A stretch of 64,000 nt of DNA from Candidatus Saccharimonadota bacterium. GTDB lineage: Bacteria; Patescibacteriota; Saccharimonadia; Saccharimonadales; Saccharimonadaceae. This document shows positions 18,517 to 29,364 of the stretch, piece after piece (position 1 is the stretch's first letter; every line of letters begins with the position of its first letter). Below the pieces are notes generated by a model that worked only from the letters and a program-made list of their open reading frames with translations, was not told the origin of the DNA and made no database searches. The DNA lies in assembly GCA_017479205.1 (NCBI GenBank), contig JAFVCN010000009.1:2179-66178 (forward strand), given 5' to 3'. The position numbers were made by a program, and so were the translations under genes.

Positions 18517-21000
18517 ATGAATGATGATTTTAATATGATTACTAATAATCTTTCTGAAAATGCTCGTTTTGCGCTTCAGAAAGCGGATTTTTATGCTAAA
18601 AGATATAATTTTGGAGCAGTCCAGACAGACCATCTTTTGTTGGGTATTTTAGAACAAGATACTAGCTCTGGGGCACATCTTTTAGCGGATGAGGGGATTC
18701 ATCTTGAAGATGCTGAAAAAACGATTAAGTCTGAGGCAAAAGAGGTTAAAGGGCAAGAAATGTCTATGATGTCCTTAACTGAAGCGGTCGTTTTAACTTT
18801 GAGAATGGCAAGTAAAATTGCGCAAGATAATGGAGTAAAAGTAATCGGCACGGAACATATACTTTATGCTCTAATTTCGCAGCCAAATTCAAAAGCGCTG
18901 TTAATGTTAGAGGAACTTGATGTGGATATTGACCGCTTAGAGCATGCGATTGAAGATTTTATTGAAAAACAAGCTGAAGATTCAAAAGTTGAGGAGAAGA
19001 AAGCTGAATATAAACGCAAAAGACCAGTTAAATGGCTAAAACGCTACGGTTTAGACTTAACGGAAGCGGCAAGAAATGGAAAGCTAGATACAGTAATTGG
19101 ACGTGATAAAGAAATTGAACGTACGATTACAGTGCTTTGTCGTAGGACTAAATCTAATCCAGTACTAATCGGCGAGGCTGGAGTCGGTAAGACGGCAATT
19201 GTTGAGGGATTAGCTACAAGAATTGCGAAAGACGAAGTTCCAGGATCTTTAATTGGTAAAAGAATCTATCAGGTAGATTTAAGCTCGGTGGTTGCTGGCA
19301 CTAAGTTTCGTGGAGAATTTGAGGAGAGGATTAAAGGAATTATTGACGAAGCGATGGAGGATAGGAATCTAATTCTATTTATCGATGAGATTCATCTTCT
19401 GATGGGGGCTGGCTCTGGCGAGGGTTCAATGGATGCGGCAAACATTCTAAAACCGGCGTTAGCGCGAGGGCAGATTCGTTTGATCGGTGCAACGACGATG
19501 GATGAATATCGTAAATCAGTTGAAAAAGATAAGGCACTTTCTCGACGTTTTCAGATTGTGCAGGTTGATGAACCGTCTCCAGCTATTACGCTAAGGATTT
19601 TAAAAGGTGTTAAAGGCCATTATGAAAAACATCACGGAGTAATTATTCCGGATTCTATTTTAGAAACGGCGGTAGCGATGGCTGGACGTTATATTAATGA
19701 TCGTTTTATGCCAGATAAGGTAATTGATGTAATTGATGAGGCAAGCGCGATTGCAAAAGTTTCGGCCGATAAAAAAGGTGGCGGTAGATATAAGAAGCTG
19801 AAAATTGAGATTAAAACTTTAGAAGATAAGCAGGAAGAGGCGGCTGATGCGGAAGATTTTGAGCGAGCGGCAATGTGTAAAACGAGAATTAAACAGCTCG
19901 AAAAAGAAGTTGAAAAATTAGAGAAGGCCGGAGCGAAGAATCTTGAAAATCCAAAATTAAAGGAGGAAGATTTAGCGAATGCAATTTCTCTTAAAACTGG
20001 TATTCCGGTTTCTAAGGTGCATGGTTCAGAAAAAGCACTTCTGATTAATCTTGAGGAACGTCTATCTAAAGAGGTAATAGGACAAGAAGAAGCGATTAAG
20101 GCTGTTTCAAAGGCAATTAGGCGTGGTCGTTCTGGTATCGGCGATCCGAAAAGACCGATTGGCTCGTTCTTGTTTATGGGTCCGACTGGTGTTGGAAAAA
20201 CTGAACTCGCAAGAGTAATTGCGCGAGAAGTGTTTGGTGGGGATAACGCTCTAATTAAAATTGATATGAGCGAGTTTGGCGAGAAACATAATGTTTCTAG
20301 ATTAGTCGGAGCGCCAGCTGGTTATGTTGGTTATGACGATGGCGGAAAGCTGACTGAAGCAGTACGACGTCATCCATATTCAGTCGTATTATTTGATGAG
20401 ATTGAAAAAGCCCATCCAGATGTCTTTAATATGTTACTTCAGATTTTAGAGGACGGTGTCTTAACTGATGGTCAGGGAAATAAGATCAAATTTAATAATA
20501 CCGTTGTAATTTTAACATCAAATCTTGGTGCTTCAGAAATGTATGATGATCAGGAACTAGGTTTTGCGGTAAGGACTAAGGCAGATAAGAAGAAACTTGA
20601 CGAGGAATACGAAAATAGCAAAAATGCCGCAATGCGTGAACTGAAAAAGACAATGCGCCCAGAGCTAATTAACCGCCTTGATGCGATTGAAGTATTCCAT
20701 GCTTTAACTAGAAAACAGGTTGAACAAATCTTTAACAATCTACTTGAAGAATTAAAGAAACGTTTAGCAGAGAAGAGTATTGGTTTGAAATTAACTGATG
20801 AAGTTAAAGATTTCTTAATTGAAACTGGCTACGATCCAAAAAATGGAGCAAGGCCGCTTCGCCGTGCGATTGAAGATCATCTCGAATCCGTCCTTGCTGA
20901 AGCGATTTTAAATGAAGATGTTAAAAAAGGTGAGATAATAGAAGCAGAACTAACTAAGGATAAAAAGATTAAGCTTAAAATCTTAAAGAAGGAAAAATAA
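18517..21000 (+). CDS. clpC: ATP-dependent Clp protease ATP-binding subunit ClpC
   Basis: Clp_N repeats, D1 [19 protein letters not shown]-like linker, D2 [18 protein letters not shown], and an LGF ClpP-docking loop (DDQELGFAV). Confidence 0.9.
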   Translation: MNDDFNMITNNLSENARFALQKADFYAKRYNFGAVQTDHLLLGILEQDTSSGAHLLADEGIHLEDAEKTIKSEAKEVKGQEMSMMSLTEAVVLTLRMASKIAQDNGVKVIGTEHILYALISQPNSKALLMLEELDVDIDRLEHAIEDFIEKQAEDSKVEEKKAEYKRKRPVKWLKRYGLDLTEAARNGKLDTVIGRDKEIERTITVLCRRTKSNPVLIGEAGVGKTAIVEGLATRIAKDEVPGSLIGKRIYQVDLSSVVAGTKFRGEFEERIKGIIDEAMEDRNLILFIDEIHLLMGAGSGEGSMDAANILKPALARGQIRLIGATTMDEYRKSVEKDKALSRRFQIVQVDEPSPAITLRILKGVKGHYEKHHGVIIPDSILETAVAMAGRYINDRFMPDKVIDVIDEASAIAKVSADKKGGGRYKKLKIEIKTLEDKQEEAADAEDFERAAMCKTRIKQLEKEVEKLEKAGAKNLENPKLKEEDLANAISLKTGIPVSKVHGSEKALLINLEERLSKEVIGQEEAIKAVSKAIRRGRSGIGDPKRPIGSFLFMGPTGVGKTELARVIAREVFGGDNALIKIDMSEFGEKHNVSRLVGAPAGYVGYDDGGKLTEAVRRHPYSVVLFDEIEKAHPDVFNMLLQILEDGVLTDGQGNKIKFNNTVVILTSNLGASEMYDDQELGFAVRTKADKKKLDEEYENSKNAAMRELKKTMRPELINRLDAIEVFHALTRKQVEQIFNNLLEELKKRLAEKSIGLKLTDEVKDFLIETGYDPKNGARPLRRAIEDHLESVLAEAILNEDVKKGEIIEAELTKDKKIKLKILKKEK

Positions 21001-21986
21001 TGGCGGAAAAAACTAATAAAGCTAAAATTGGGATAATAGTTTTCGGTGTTTTAATTGCAATTTTAGGTTTTGAGGCGTTTTCGTTTTTCGGGGGATTTGA
21101 TTATATTAAAGCAAGTAGTTTTACTCCATCAGGAGAGATGCAAGGAATTATTGACGAACTGGGTTTAACGGATCGTGGAGTTCGTACATTTCGAGCAGTT
21201 AGACCGAATTTGGCTTCGCGGACGGTCTTTAATGAAAAATGCAATTCTCATGATTCCGAGATTTATGTACTGGGCTGTTATGTAACGGGGGATGATATAA
21301 TCTATCTTTATAATATTGAGGTTCCTGAACTAAATGGCGTTAGAGAATCAACGGCGGCACACGAATTATTGCATGCAGTTTATAATCGTTTGCCGTTTTG
21401 GGAGAAAAATGATTTAAACAGTAAACTGCGTAAAGTTTATGATTCTCTTGATGAAAAAAGCGATATTAAGACCTCAATGGAACTTTATTCGGATGAAGAA
21501 TTTTATGACGAGCTTCATTCCCGTATCGGTACAGAAATTAAGGAATTACCGGTTGAGTTAGAAAATCACTACGCTAAAATCTTTAATGACCAGGATAAAA
21601 TCGTTGATTTTTATAATAAATATAGTGGAACTTTCAAGGCTTTAGAAAAAGAGATGGAGACTTTAGGCTCTAAGATTGAGGAGGGAAAGAGGTATATTGA
21701 CGAGGAAACTGCTAGACTCGATGCTTTAGCAAATGAGCTAAACAAGAAGATTGAAGATTATAATAAGAGGGTCGTGGCAGGAAGTAACGGTTCGGCTATT
21801 CAGACTGAGGGAAATAATTTACAAAAAGAAATTTCTGAGCTTGAAGATATGTATAAAAAATTGAATGAATATATTAATGAATATAATAAAATGATTGACG
21901 AATATAATAGCAATGTAATTCAGACGAATGATATTCTGGATTCAATCAATAGCAATAGTTCAAAGGTTGAAATGGTTAATAATTAG
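21000..21986 (+). CDS. membrane-anchored protein with HExxH motif and C-terminal coiled coil
   Basis: One N-terminal [12 protein letters not shown] (HExxH), and a K/E/N-rich heptad-like C-terminus. Translationally coupled to clpC (TAATG) and 11 nt upstream of clpP. Confidence 0.5.
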   Translation: MAEKTNKAKIGIIVFGVLIAILGFEAFSFFGGFDYIKASSFTPSGEMQGIIDELGLTDRGVRTFRAVRPNLASRTVFNEKCNSHDSEIYVLGCYVTGDDIIYLYNIEVPELNGVRESTAAHELLHAVYNRLPFWEKNDLNSKLRKVYDSLDEKSDIKTSMELYSDEEFYDELHSRIGTEIKELPVELENHYAKIFNDQDKIVDFYNKYSGTFKALEKEMETLGSKIEEGKRYIDEETARLDALANELNKKIEDYNKRVVAGSNGSAIQTEGNNLQKEISELEDMYKKLNEYINEYNKMIDEYNSNVIQTNDILDSINSNSSKVEMVNN

Positions 21987-21997
21987 AAAGGAATAAA

Positions 21998-22579
21998 ATG
22001 AAAGATTATCTAGTCCCAAATGTAATTGAAGAAACTAATAAAGGCGAGCGTGCATATGATATTTATTCGCGTCTTTTAAAGGATCGTATTATCTTCCTCG
22101 GCGAAGATGTTAATTCGCACACAGCGAATTTAGTCGTAGCACAGCTACTATTTCTCGCGCATGAGGACCCAAAGAAAGATATTAAACTTTATATTAACTC
22201 CCCAGGTGGCTCGGTTTATGATGGTCTAGCGATTATTGATACAATGAACTTTATTGAGCCAGATGTCCAGACAATCGGAATCGGACTTCAGGCTTCAATG
22301 GGTGCGATGCTTCTCTCTTGCGGCGCAAAAGGGAAACGCTACGTTCTTCCGAACTCTCGAATTATGATTCATCAACCATCTTCTGGTACAGAAGGAAAAA
22401 TTACCGATCAGGAAATTGCTCTCCGCGAAGGTGTATATCTAAAGAAACGCCTTGCAGAGATTTTTGCGAAAAATACTGGTAAAGATTTAAAGACGGTTGA
22501 AAAAGATATGGACCGTGACAACTGGATGTCTGCGGAAGAAGCAAAAGACTATGGTATTATTGATGAAATTGTAAAATAA
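21998..22579 (+). CDS. clpP: ATP-dependent Clp protease proteolytic subunit
   Basis: [19 protein letters not shown], catalytic Ser context GLQASMGA, His context MIHQP. Confidence 0.95.
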   Translation: MKDYLVPNVIEETNKGERAYDIYSRLLKDRIIFLGEDVNSHTANLVVAQLLFLAHEDPKKDIKLYINSPGGSVYDGLAIIDTMNFIEPDVQTIGIGLQASMGAMLLSCGAKGKRYVLPNSRIMIHQPSSGTEGKITDQEIALREGVYLKKRLAEIFAKNTGKDLKTVEKDMDRDNWMSAEEAKDYGIIDEIVK

Positions 22580-22585
22580 GCAAGC

Positions 22586-22709
22586 AAAAAACGAATAGCT
22601 TTTCAGACGAACTGGAGCGGCGACGGGCCATAGCGACATGTAGAAAGCCCGAGCCCCATAACGATGGGCGCGAGGGCTTACGGTCGGATGAAAAGTCTAT
22701 TCGTTTTTT
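22586..22709. terminator. 124-nt clamp hairpin with GC-rich core between clpP and rbr (bidirectional terminator and/or small structured RNA)
   Basis: A 20-bp outer stem (AAAAAACGAATAGCTTTTCA / TGAAAAGTCTATTCGTTTTTT, one bulge) encloses an 83-nt G+C-rich interior. Confidence 0.5.
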
Positions 22710-22725
22710 ATTGTGCTGTTCTACG

Positions 22726-23265
22726 CTAAAAGTTTACGACTCGTTTTTCAAAGAAGCTTCGTGGATGGTCACAAACCGGGCAGACTTCTGGTGCTTCATC
22801 TCCAACAAAGACATACCCACAGTTTCGACACTTCCAAACTGTTACGTCGTCGCCTTTAAAGACGATGTCGTCATCAATATTCTGAAGTAACTTTTTATAT
22901 CTATCTTCGTGTTCCTTTTCGATTGCTCCGACCTGCTCAAATTTTGTTGCAATTTCTTCAAAGCCCTCTTCACGAGCAATTTTTGCAAATTCTTTATACA
23001 TTTCAGTATATTCGTAATCTTCGCCTTCGATTGCAAGTTCAAGGTTCTCTTTTGTGTTGCCAACGCCATCATTAAGGAGTTTGTACCAGATTTTAGCGTG
23101 TTCTTTTTCATTATCGGAAGTTTCATTAAAAATTTCTGCGATTTGTTCATAACCGTCTTTTTTAGCGCGCGAAGCGTAGAACTGATATTTTACGCGAGCC
23201 TGGCTTTCTCCGGCGAAAGCAGTTTGAAGATTCTGATAAGTTTTGCTAGATTTAAAATCAGCCAT
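22726..23265 (-). CDS. rbr: rubrerythrin
   Basis: Ferritin-like di-iron domain (ExxH pairs) plus a C-terminal rubredoxin CRNCG...CPVCDHP. Confidence 0.9.
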   Translation of the reverse strand: MADFKSSKTYQNLQTAFAGESQARVKYQFYASRAKKDGYEQIAEIFNETSDNEKEHAKIWYKLLNDGVGNTKENLELAIEGEDYEYTEMYKEFAKIAREEGFEEIATKFEQVGAIEKEHEDRYKKLLQNIDDDIVFKGDDVTVWKCRNCGYVFVGDEAPEVCPVCDHPRSFFEKRVVNF

Positions 23266-23332
23266 ATTTTCTCCCAGTTAAATGGTATATGCTATAATTA
23301 TAACAGATATTTACAGTTTTTCGGAGGTCCGT

Positions 23333-24358
23333 ATGGGAATTGAACGTACTGTCGAGAGAGTAGTAGATAATACTGCTCACGAAGAAGAAACAGAAGATGA
23401 AGTTATTGAACAGAGCTTACGCCCGACTACTTTTTCAGAATATATTGGACAAGAGCGTTTAAAGAAAAATCTTAAGTTAGCGATTGACGCCGTTAAAAAA
23501 CGTGATGATGGAACGGCACTAGATCACGTTTTGCTTTATGGTCCGCCAGGGCTAGGAAAAACTACGATGGCAAATGTGATTGCGCATGAAGTGGGAGCGA
23601 ATCTTCGCGTAACGAGCGGTCCGGCGATTGAGCGAGCTGGGGATTTAGCGTCAATTTTGACTAATCTTCAGGAAGGTGATGTTCTGTTTATCGACGAGAT
23701 TCATCGTCTAAGGCGGGCGGTTGAAGAAATTTTGTATTCGGCGATGGAAGATTATAAACTTGATATTGTGATTGGGAAAGGCCCAGCGGCGCGTAGTGTT
23801 CGATTAGATTTACCACATTTTACTGTGATTGGTGCGACGACTAGGACCGGTTCGCTTGCCGGACCTTTAAGAGATCGTTTCGGAATTACACATCGTCTTG
23901 AATATTATAAGATTCCGGAAATTGAAAAGATTATTGAGCGTACGGCCAGTATTTTAAATACTCCGATTAAGCCTGAAGCGACTGAAATTTTGGCAACTCG
24001 CTCTCGTTTAACTCCGCGTATTGCAAACCGATTAACGAAACGCGTGCGTGATTATGCGGATGTAAACGGCGACGGTATTATTGATGCGAAGATAGCTGAA
24101 GATGCTTTAAACCTAATGGAGATTGATGCATTGGGACTTGATCCGGCTGATCGAAATATGATTAGCTTAATGCTTGAAAATTACGGTGATCGTCCAGTTG
24201 GGCTTACGACGATTGCAGCCCTAACTGGAGATGAAACGACGACGATTGAAGACTATTATGAACCATATCTTATCCAGCTTGGTTTTATTGAAAAAACTCC
24301 GCGAGGTAGGGTAGTAACAAGAAAAGCAAAAGAACACTTAAATAACTTGAAAAAATAA
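23333..24358 (+). CDS. ruvB: Holliday junction branch migration helicase RuvB
   Basis: [34 protein letters not shown] 23333 follows SD GGAGG. The track start at 23282 lies inside the promoter. Confidence 0.95.
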   Translation: MGIERTVERVVDNTAHEEETEDEVIEQSLRPTTFSEYIGQERLKKNLKLAIDAVKKRDDGTALDHVLLYGPPGLGKTTMANVIAHEVGANLRVTSGPAIERAGDLASILTNLQEGDVLFIDEIHRLRRAVEEILYSAMEDYKLDIVIGKGPAARSVRLDLPHFTVIGATTRTGSLAGPLRDRFGITHRLEYYKIPEIEKIIERTASILNTPIKPEATEILATRSRLTPRIANRLTKRVRDYADVNGDGIIDAKIAEDALNLMEIDALGLDPADRNMISLMLENYGDRPVGLTTIAALTGDETTTIEDYYEPYLIQLGFIEKTPRGRVVTRKAKEHLNNLKK

Positions 24359-24399
24359 TGGTTTTATGTTAAAATAAATTAACTTAAGAGGATCACAAA

Positions 24400-24993
24400 A
24401 TGAAAAGTGATTTAGCAAAATTACGCCACGCTCGCTCGAAGAAAGATTTTCCCGATATTTCGCTCGAGGAAAATGAGTATGTTGTTTTGAAGATTAAGCG
24501 CTCTGGAATCATACCGGTTTTGGTCTGGTCCGGGGTTATTTTGTCGGCAATTTTCTTTATTGCCCTTAACATTATTATTGCAAACGCTTCAACTGGTATG
24601 TTTTCGATGAATAGCGCTTCAAAAGGCTTTTTCTCGATTGTGCTTGACGTTGTCTTCGGAGTAGTCTTAATTGCCGCTCTTGTTTCCTCAAACGTCTATG
24701 CAAGCAATAAACTTTTTGTCACAAATAAACGTATTATTCAAAAAACTCAGGCTTCCCTCTTTTCTAGCGCAACTAATGTGATTGATTTAATCTCAATTGA
24801 GGACGTTTCATTTAAACAAACCGGGCTTTTTGAACACATCTTAAAAATCGGAACTCTTAGGATGTCTACTGTTGGTGACGAAACAACTTACACCTTTAAA
24901 TGCGTCGATACCCCGATAGACGAGCTAGAAGTAATTACTCATCTTGTCCACGTTGAAAAGCAGGAAAACGAAGTTAATATTAAATCTCGTTAA
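24400..24993 (+). CDS. membrane protein with bacterial PH (bPH/YdbS-like) domain
   Basis: Two TMs followed by LFVTNKRIIQKT...IEDVSFKQTGLFEHILKIGTLRM, typical of bPH_2-type proteins. Confidence 0.5.
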   Translation: MKSDLAKLRHARSKKDFPDISLEENEYVVLKIKRSGIIPVLVWSGVILSAIFFIALNIIIANASTGMFSMNSASKGFFSIVLDVVFGVVLIAALVSSNVYASNKLFVTNKRIIQKTQASLFSSATNVIDLISIEDVSFKQTGLFEHILKIGTLRMSTVGDETTYTFKCVDTPIDELEVITHLVHVEKQENEVNIKSR

Positions 24994-25481
24994 AAACGAT
25001 TCATAAGGGAATGAGTAATAGCGGCAGCAAGAGCGTCTGCGGCGTCATCTGGTTTTGGAATATCTTTAAGATTAAGGTGTAATTTCACCATTTCCTGCAT
25101 TTGTTTTTTGTCGGCTGAACCGTATCCGGTCATGGTCTTTTTAATCTCGTTTGGGGTATATTCATAAATCGGTAAATTATGCTGTTTACAAACTAAAATA
25201 ACGACGCCTCTTGCTTCAGCGACTGAAATACCAGTTGTAATATTTTTAGTGAAGAATAGTTTTTCGATTGAGACGACATCAGGCTTATTTAAGTTGATAA
25301 TTTCGTGCATTGAATCGTAAATGTCTTCTAGACGTTCTGGCAGGGGAGTATGAGGAGGCGTAGAAATAACGCCATTATCAATCATTTTGGCCGCGCCGCG
25401 CAGAGTATTTTTACTTGATTTGAGTTCTATAACTCCGAAGCCGCAGATGCCTGTTCCTGGATCAATTCCTAAAATTCTCAT
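24990..25481 (-). CDS. ruvC: crossover junction endodeoxyribonuclease RuvC
   Basis: MRILGIDPGTGICGFGVIE with RNase H-like fold acidic residues. Coupled to radA (ATGA overlap). Confidence 0.9.
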   Translation of the reverse strand: MRILGIDPGTGICGFGVIELKSSKNTLRGAAKMIDNGVISTPPHTPLPERLEDIYDSMHEIINLNKPDVVSIEKLFFTKNITTGISVAEARGVVILVCKQHNLPIYEYTPNEIKKTMTGYGSADKKQMQEMVKLHLNLKDIPKPDDAADALAAAITHSLMNRF

Positions 25482-26833
25482 TTTTCGTTTACATATTTAA
25501 TTAAAGTTTCACGGAGGTCTTTTGCTGGAATTACGAATTTATCTTTGATGGTACTTGGAGCGATAGCATGCTTAAAACCGAGCTTCTTGCTTTCGGCGAT
25601 TCTCTGATCAGGACGGAAGGCACTTCTGATTTCTCCACCAAGTCCAACTTCACCAAATACGACATAATCTTCTGAAAGTTTTCGGCCGGCTGCTGCGGAA
25701 GCAATGGCCATACAAACTGCTAAATCGGCGGCTGAATCGTTTAGCTTCATCCCGCCAACGACATTGATAAAAATATCTTTATCATCTAATTTTAACTTTG
25801 TTCGGCGTTCAATTACGGCAATTAAGAGCTGAAGACGATTTAAATCGAAGCCAGAAGCCGTGCGTTTTGGGTATCCAAAATTAGAAGGAGTAACGAGAGC
25901 TTGAATTTCGACTAGAATCGGACGAGTTCCTTCAAGGGTAGCAAGAATAATCGAACCGTCGGTATTTTGTCGTTCAGCAAGAAGCGCGGCGGAAGGATTT
26001 TTAACTTCCTTAAGACCTTTTTCGTCCATCTCGAAAATAGCAACTTCGCTGGTTGAACCAAAACGATTTTTGACGGCTCGAATCGTTTTAAATCCACCAT
26101 ATCTGTCGCCTTCAAAATTGATTACGACATCAACAAGATGTTCGAGAACTTTTGGACCGGCGAGCGTACCCTCCTTTGTAACGTGTCCAACAATAATAAC
26201 CGCCGTATCGGTCGCCTTCGCCGCACGGATAATTAAGTTTCCGCAGTTTGTAACCTGAGAAACAGTTCCCGGCGCAGAGGATATCTCGTCCATTGCGAGC
26301 GTCTGGATTGAGTCGATAATTACGAGGTCAAACTCGCCGGTTTCGATAGTTTTTGCAATGTCATTCGCGGAAGTTGAGCTAGCGAAATTTAGCTTATCCG
26401 ACTCTGCACCAAGACGCATTGCGCGCATTTTTACTTGTCCAGCCGATTCCTCACCTGAAACATAGAGGACGGTTTTAGTTTTAGAAACGGTCGCGCAAAT
26501 TTGCATTAAAATAGTTGATTTTCCAATTCCTGGCTGTCCGGCAAGGAGGTTTACTGAACCCATTAAAATTCCGCCGCCGAGCACAGTATTTAAATCTTCA
26601 AATTCAGTCTTAAGTCTTTCTTTATTGTCTGCTGGTTCAATTTTGGAAATGTCAGTAAAATCGAGTTTTTTTCCAGAAATTTGAGCCTTTTTAATAGCTG
26701 ATTTTGCTTCGGAATCTGGAATATCAACTTGTTCGACAAGGGTACCCCACTCGCTACAATTCTCGCATTTTCCAGCCCACTTCGGGAAGCTAGCTCCGCA
26801 GTTCTGACAAATAAACCTCGTCTTTTGTTTCAT
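25478..26833 (-). CDS. radA: DNA repair protein RadA/Sms
   Basis: N-terminal C4 zinc finger (CQNCG...CENCSEW), RecA-like GQPGIGKST, KNRFG motif, Lon-like C-terminal domain. Confidence 0.95.
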   Translation of the reverse strand: MKQKTRFICQNCGASFPKWAGKCENCSEWGTLVEQVDIPDSEAKSAIKKAQISGKKLDFTDISKIEPADNKERLKTEFEDLNTVLGGGILMGSVNLLAGQPGIGKSTILMQICATVSKTKTVLYVSGEESAGQVKMRAMRLGAESDKLNFASSTSANDIAKTIETGEFDLVIIDSIQTLAMDEISSAPGTVSQVTNCGNLIIRAAKATDTAVIIVGHVTKEGTLAGPKVLEHLVDVVINFEGDRYGGFKTIRAVKNRFGSTSEVAIFEMDEKGLKEVKNPSAALLAERQNTDGSIILATLEGTRPILVEIQALVTPSNFGYPKRTASGFDLNRLQLLIAVIERRTKLKLDDKDIFINVVGGMKLNDSAADLAVCMAIASAAAGRKLSEDYVVFGEVGLGGEIRSAFRPDQRIAESKKLGFKHAIAPSTIKDKFVIPAKDLRETLIKYVNEK

Positions 26834-26885
26834 ATCTATAATTTTACCTTATCTTGAGAAAAATAACAATTAAATCGAGGTATAA

Positions 26886-26910
26886 CAAAAATGGCCCGCA
26901 GATAGCGGGA
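26886..26910 (-). terminator. intrinsic terminator after the 84-aa ORF
   Basis: Minus strand reads CCCGC-TATCT-GCGGG, then CCATTTTT. Confidence 0.55.
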
Positions 26911-26919
26911 CATTTAAAG

Positions 26920-27174
26920 TTAAACGTTCATGGCAACCCACGAAAGATCCTTAGCGTCGAAGACTAGACGATAAGTTTCACGCCCAGCGACAACGTCGAA
27001 AATGTGTTTTGCACTATTTCCGACGAAACGGATCTGCGTCTTGAGAAGTTCTGTAACTTCGATTTCTTCCTCGCCACGTCGCTTAAAAGTTAGCGGCTGA
27101 CAAGGCGTCATCTCATAGCCGAAAAGGGCCATGACCTCGACGCGTTCTTCTTTATTATTGTTAAAGTTTTTCAT
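26920..27174 (-). CDS. hypothetical 84-aa protein
   Basis: SD TAGGAG upstream, hairpin terminator downstream, long structured leader. No family recognised. Confidence 0.4.
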   Translation of the reverse strand: MKNFNNNKEERVEVMALFGYEMTPCQPLTFKRRGEEEIEVTELLKTQIRFVGNSAKHIFDVVAGRETYRLVFDAKDLSWVAMNV

Positions 27175-27353
27175 AAATTACTCCTAAAATTATTGTTTCT
27201 AGAAGTCATTTATGTGAGCCTGATTTATTGGCTCCTGGCGACCGATATAAATGACAATGTCGACCGCTTTGAACTTTTTTCAAACCTAGGGACCGAAGTA
27301 TAGGTTGATAATTTTATTTTAACACAAACACTTTGTTTTTACTACAATAAGCT

Positions 27354-27381
27354 AAAAGACCGCGAAAATCGCGGTCTTTTT
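27354..27381 (-). terminator. intrinsic terminator after the beta-helix gene
   Basis: AAAAGACCGCG-AAAAT-CGCGGTCTTTTT. Confidence 0.7.
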
Positions 27382-27386
27382 CATGG

Positions 27387-28559
27387 CTACTGGGCTTGTT
27401 GTTTATTCATCATCATACGGCGAGTGCTGCTATTTTGTCCGCCCTGTTGTTGAGTCCTTTGCTCGCTAGCTTGCCCGCCAGCCTGTTCGCCTGGATTCAT
27501 TTGGCCTCCGCCTCCACCACCCATCATTTGGTTTGTAATCGAAGTAGTCTTAGTTCCATTTACGATAATAGTTCCGCCATTGTATTTCGCTTCACCATCA
27601 TAGTCAAACGGACTTTGTGCGGTAATATTGAGTGTCCCTCCATTGATATAAATATAACCATTCGAGTCGACCGCATCCGTATCCCCCTGTCCCATATCAA
27701 CCGTAATTTCTCCGCCGTTAATCTCGATTCCGACCGTATATTCAGAAGATTTATTCGCGGCGTTAATTCCGTCATCTGTCGCGGTAATTTTAATTGTGCC
27801 ACCGTTAATTTTAATGGAAGTTCCTTCTAACCCCTCGCGAGCGGTAACGGTAATGTTCCCGTCGTTAATTTCAAGATATCCGTCGGTATGAATTCCATCC
27901 CCAGAAGCCTTAATCGTAAACGTCCCACCATCAATTTTTGCTGAATAATTAGTGTTAATTCCGTCATCGCCAGATTCAATGATATAAGCTCCAGAATCAA
28001 TTTCAAGATCATCTTTACAAACGATACCGTGAAGAGTGGATTTAATATTAAGCGTGCCGTCACCAGATAACTTTAAATCGGCTTTTGAATGGATAGCGCC
28101 TTTTAGAGTGTCGTTTGTTGTGGCGTTTATGGTGTTTTCGCCAACTAATTCAATATAGGTATTTCCATTACTTTCAATATAGATGGCCGGGCCATTAGGA
28201 TTGGTGATTGAAACATTATCTAGAATAATTTTTACTTCATCTTTGTCGCCGGCTTTAACATGAATATAACCGTTACTAATTGAACCGGTTACTCGATAGA
28301 TCCCGGCTGCGCTGATTAAGTTCTCGCCTTCAGCGAGCGTAAGGGTTGAGCCATCTCCAGAGAGAGTAGTTTCAGCTACGCCAGTACCATCGCTTTTGGT
28401 TGAACCGTTAATCATTGTATAAGCGACCGCCCCAGAAACTCCGGCAATTAAGACTACTGCGCCAGTAATGCCGACGATTTTCTTCCAGTTTGTCGGCTTT
28501 TTTGCTGGCTTTTCTGGTTCTAAAACTGATTTTTCTGAATTTGATTTATTTTCTTCCAT
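27387..28559 (-). CDS. membrane-anchored beta-helix carbohydrate-binding-type protein (Cthe_2159-like) with G/Q-rich tail
   Basis: N-terminal TM. Repeated GDDGI/GDGIH/DDGINA...INGGT motifs and DAVDSNGYIYINGGT, as in the Cthe_2159 family. Confidence 0.5.
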   Translation of the reverse strand: MEENKSNSEKSVLEPEKPAKKPTNWKKIVGITGAVVLIAGVSGAVAYTMINGSTKSDGTGVAETTLSGDGSTLTLAEGENLISAAGIYRVTGSISNGYIHVKAGDKDEVKIILDNVSITNPNGPAIYIESNGNTYIELVGENTINATTNDTLKGAIHSKADLKLSGDGTLNIKSTLHGIVCKDDLEIDSGAYIIESGDDGINTNYSAKIDGGTFTIKASGDGIHTDGYLEINDGNITVTAREGLEGTSIKINGGTIKITATDDGINAANKSSEYTVGIEINGGEITVDMGQGDTDAVDSNGYIYINGGTLNITAQSPFDYDGEAKYNGGTIIVNGTKTTSITNQMMGGGGGGQMNPGEQAGGQASEQRTQQQGGQNSSTRRMMMNKQQAQ

Positions 28560-28592
28560 ATTAACTCCTTTTAATTTCTACGGATTTTCAAG

Positions 28593-29273
28593 CTATAGCT
28601 CCTCTTCAAGCAACATGTGCGAGAGAGCGACTTTTAAATTACCGTTTTTAACACGTATTTTATCGATAAACTCTTTCTCGTTTATGCCATCTTTTAGCTC
28701 GACTCGATAAACTAGCTCGAAAAGCGAACCCATATTAGTAGTTTTGGCTTTCTCAAGCATATTTGAACGAGTGTAAGCTAAAAAGATGTCGTCGAAAACA
28801 TTAGTGTAATCAATATCTTCAGGGACTAGAATAGTAAGACGTTTTTCGCGAGCGGCGCTTTCTCCGAACGAAAGTGCGGCTAGGATAATTAGCATAAGGG
28901 AAACTGCGATTGTAAAGATTCCCGCGAATGCGATATAACCTGTTCCGACCGCAAGCCCAATCGCCATCGCGAAGAAGACCGAGAGAATTGAGCGTGAATT
29001 TCCCGGAATTGAACGAAAGCGAACGAGCGAGAAAATCCCCATCACCGCGACCCCTGCGCCAAGATTTCCGTTTACGAGCATAATCGCGACCGAAACTAGC
29101 ATTGGTAGAATCGCAAGAGTCGTAACCATACCGGCTGAAGCGGAACGACCATAACTGCGTTTTGCGGTAAACTGATGGACAAGGGCGACGATTAGCCCTA
29201 GTATAAATGCGACACCTAAACAGATAAAGAAACTGCTTGGCGTGATTGTATCTGTGATGATTGTATTAAACAT
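28593..29273 (-). CDS. DUF4956-family membrane protein
   Basis: Polytopic N-terminus with FSLVRFRSIPGNSRSILSVFFAMAIGLAVGTGY, plus a soluble C-terminal domain. Confidence 0.55.
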   Translation of the reverse strand: MFNTIITDTITPSSFFICLGVAFILGLIVALVHQFTAKRSYGRSASAGMVTTLAILPMLVSVAIMLVNGNLGAGVAVMGIFSLVRFRSIPGNSRSILSVFFAMAIGLAVGTGYIAFAGIFTIAVSLMLIILAALSFGESAAREKRLTILVPEDIDYTNVFDDIFLAYTRSNMLEKAKTTNMGSLFELVYRVELKDGINEKEFIDKIRVKNGNLKVALSHMLLEEEL

Positions 29274-29364
29274 ATTTTTCCTTTATTTAATTATTCGATT
29301 TTATGTTCTTATTGTATCGTCTGAACCTTAAATGTTTCTTAAAAGTTTTTTATAGTCTTAAGGT

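Noticed and set aside
22586-22709. Identification of the clamp hairpin as SRP (4.5S) RNA, tRNA-like or 6S RNA
   Set aside because: I found no SRP domain IV GGAA/AGCA motif and no tRNA arms, and the length is wrong for 6S. It is kept only as an unclassified structured element.
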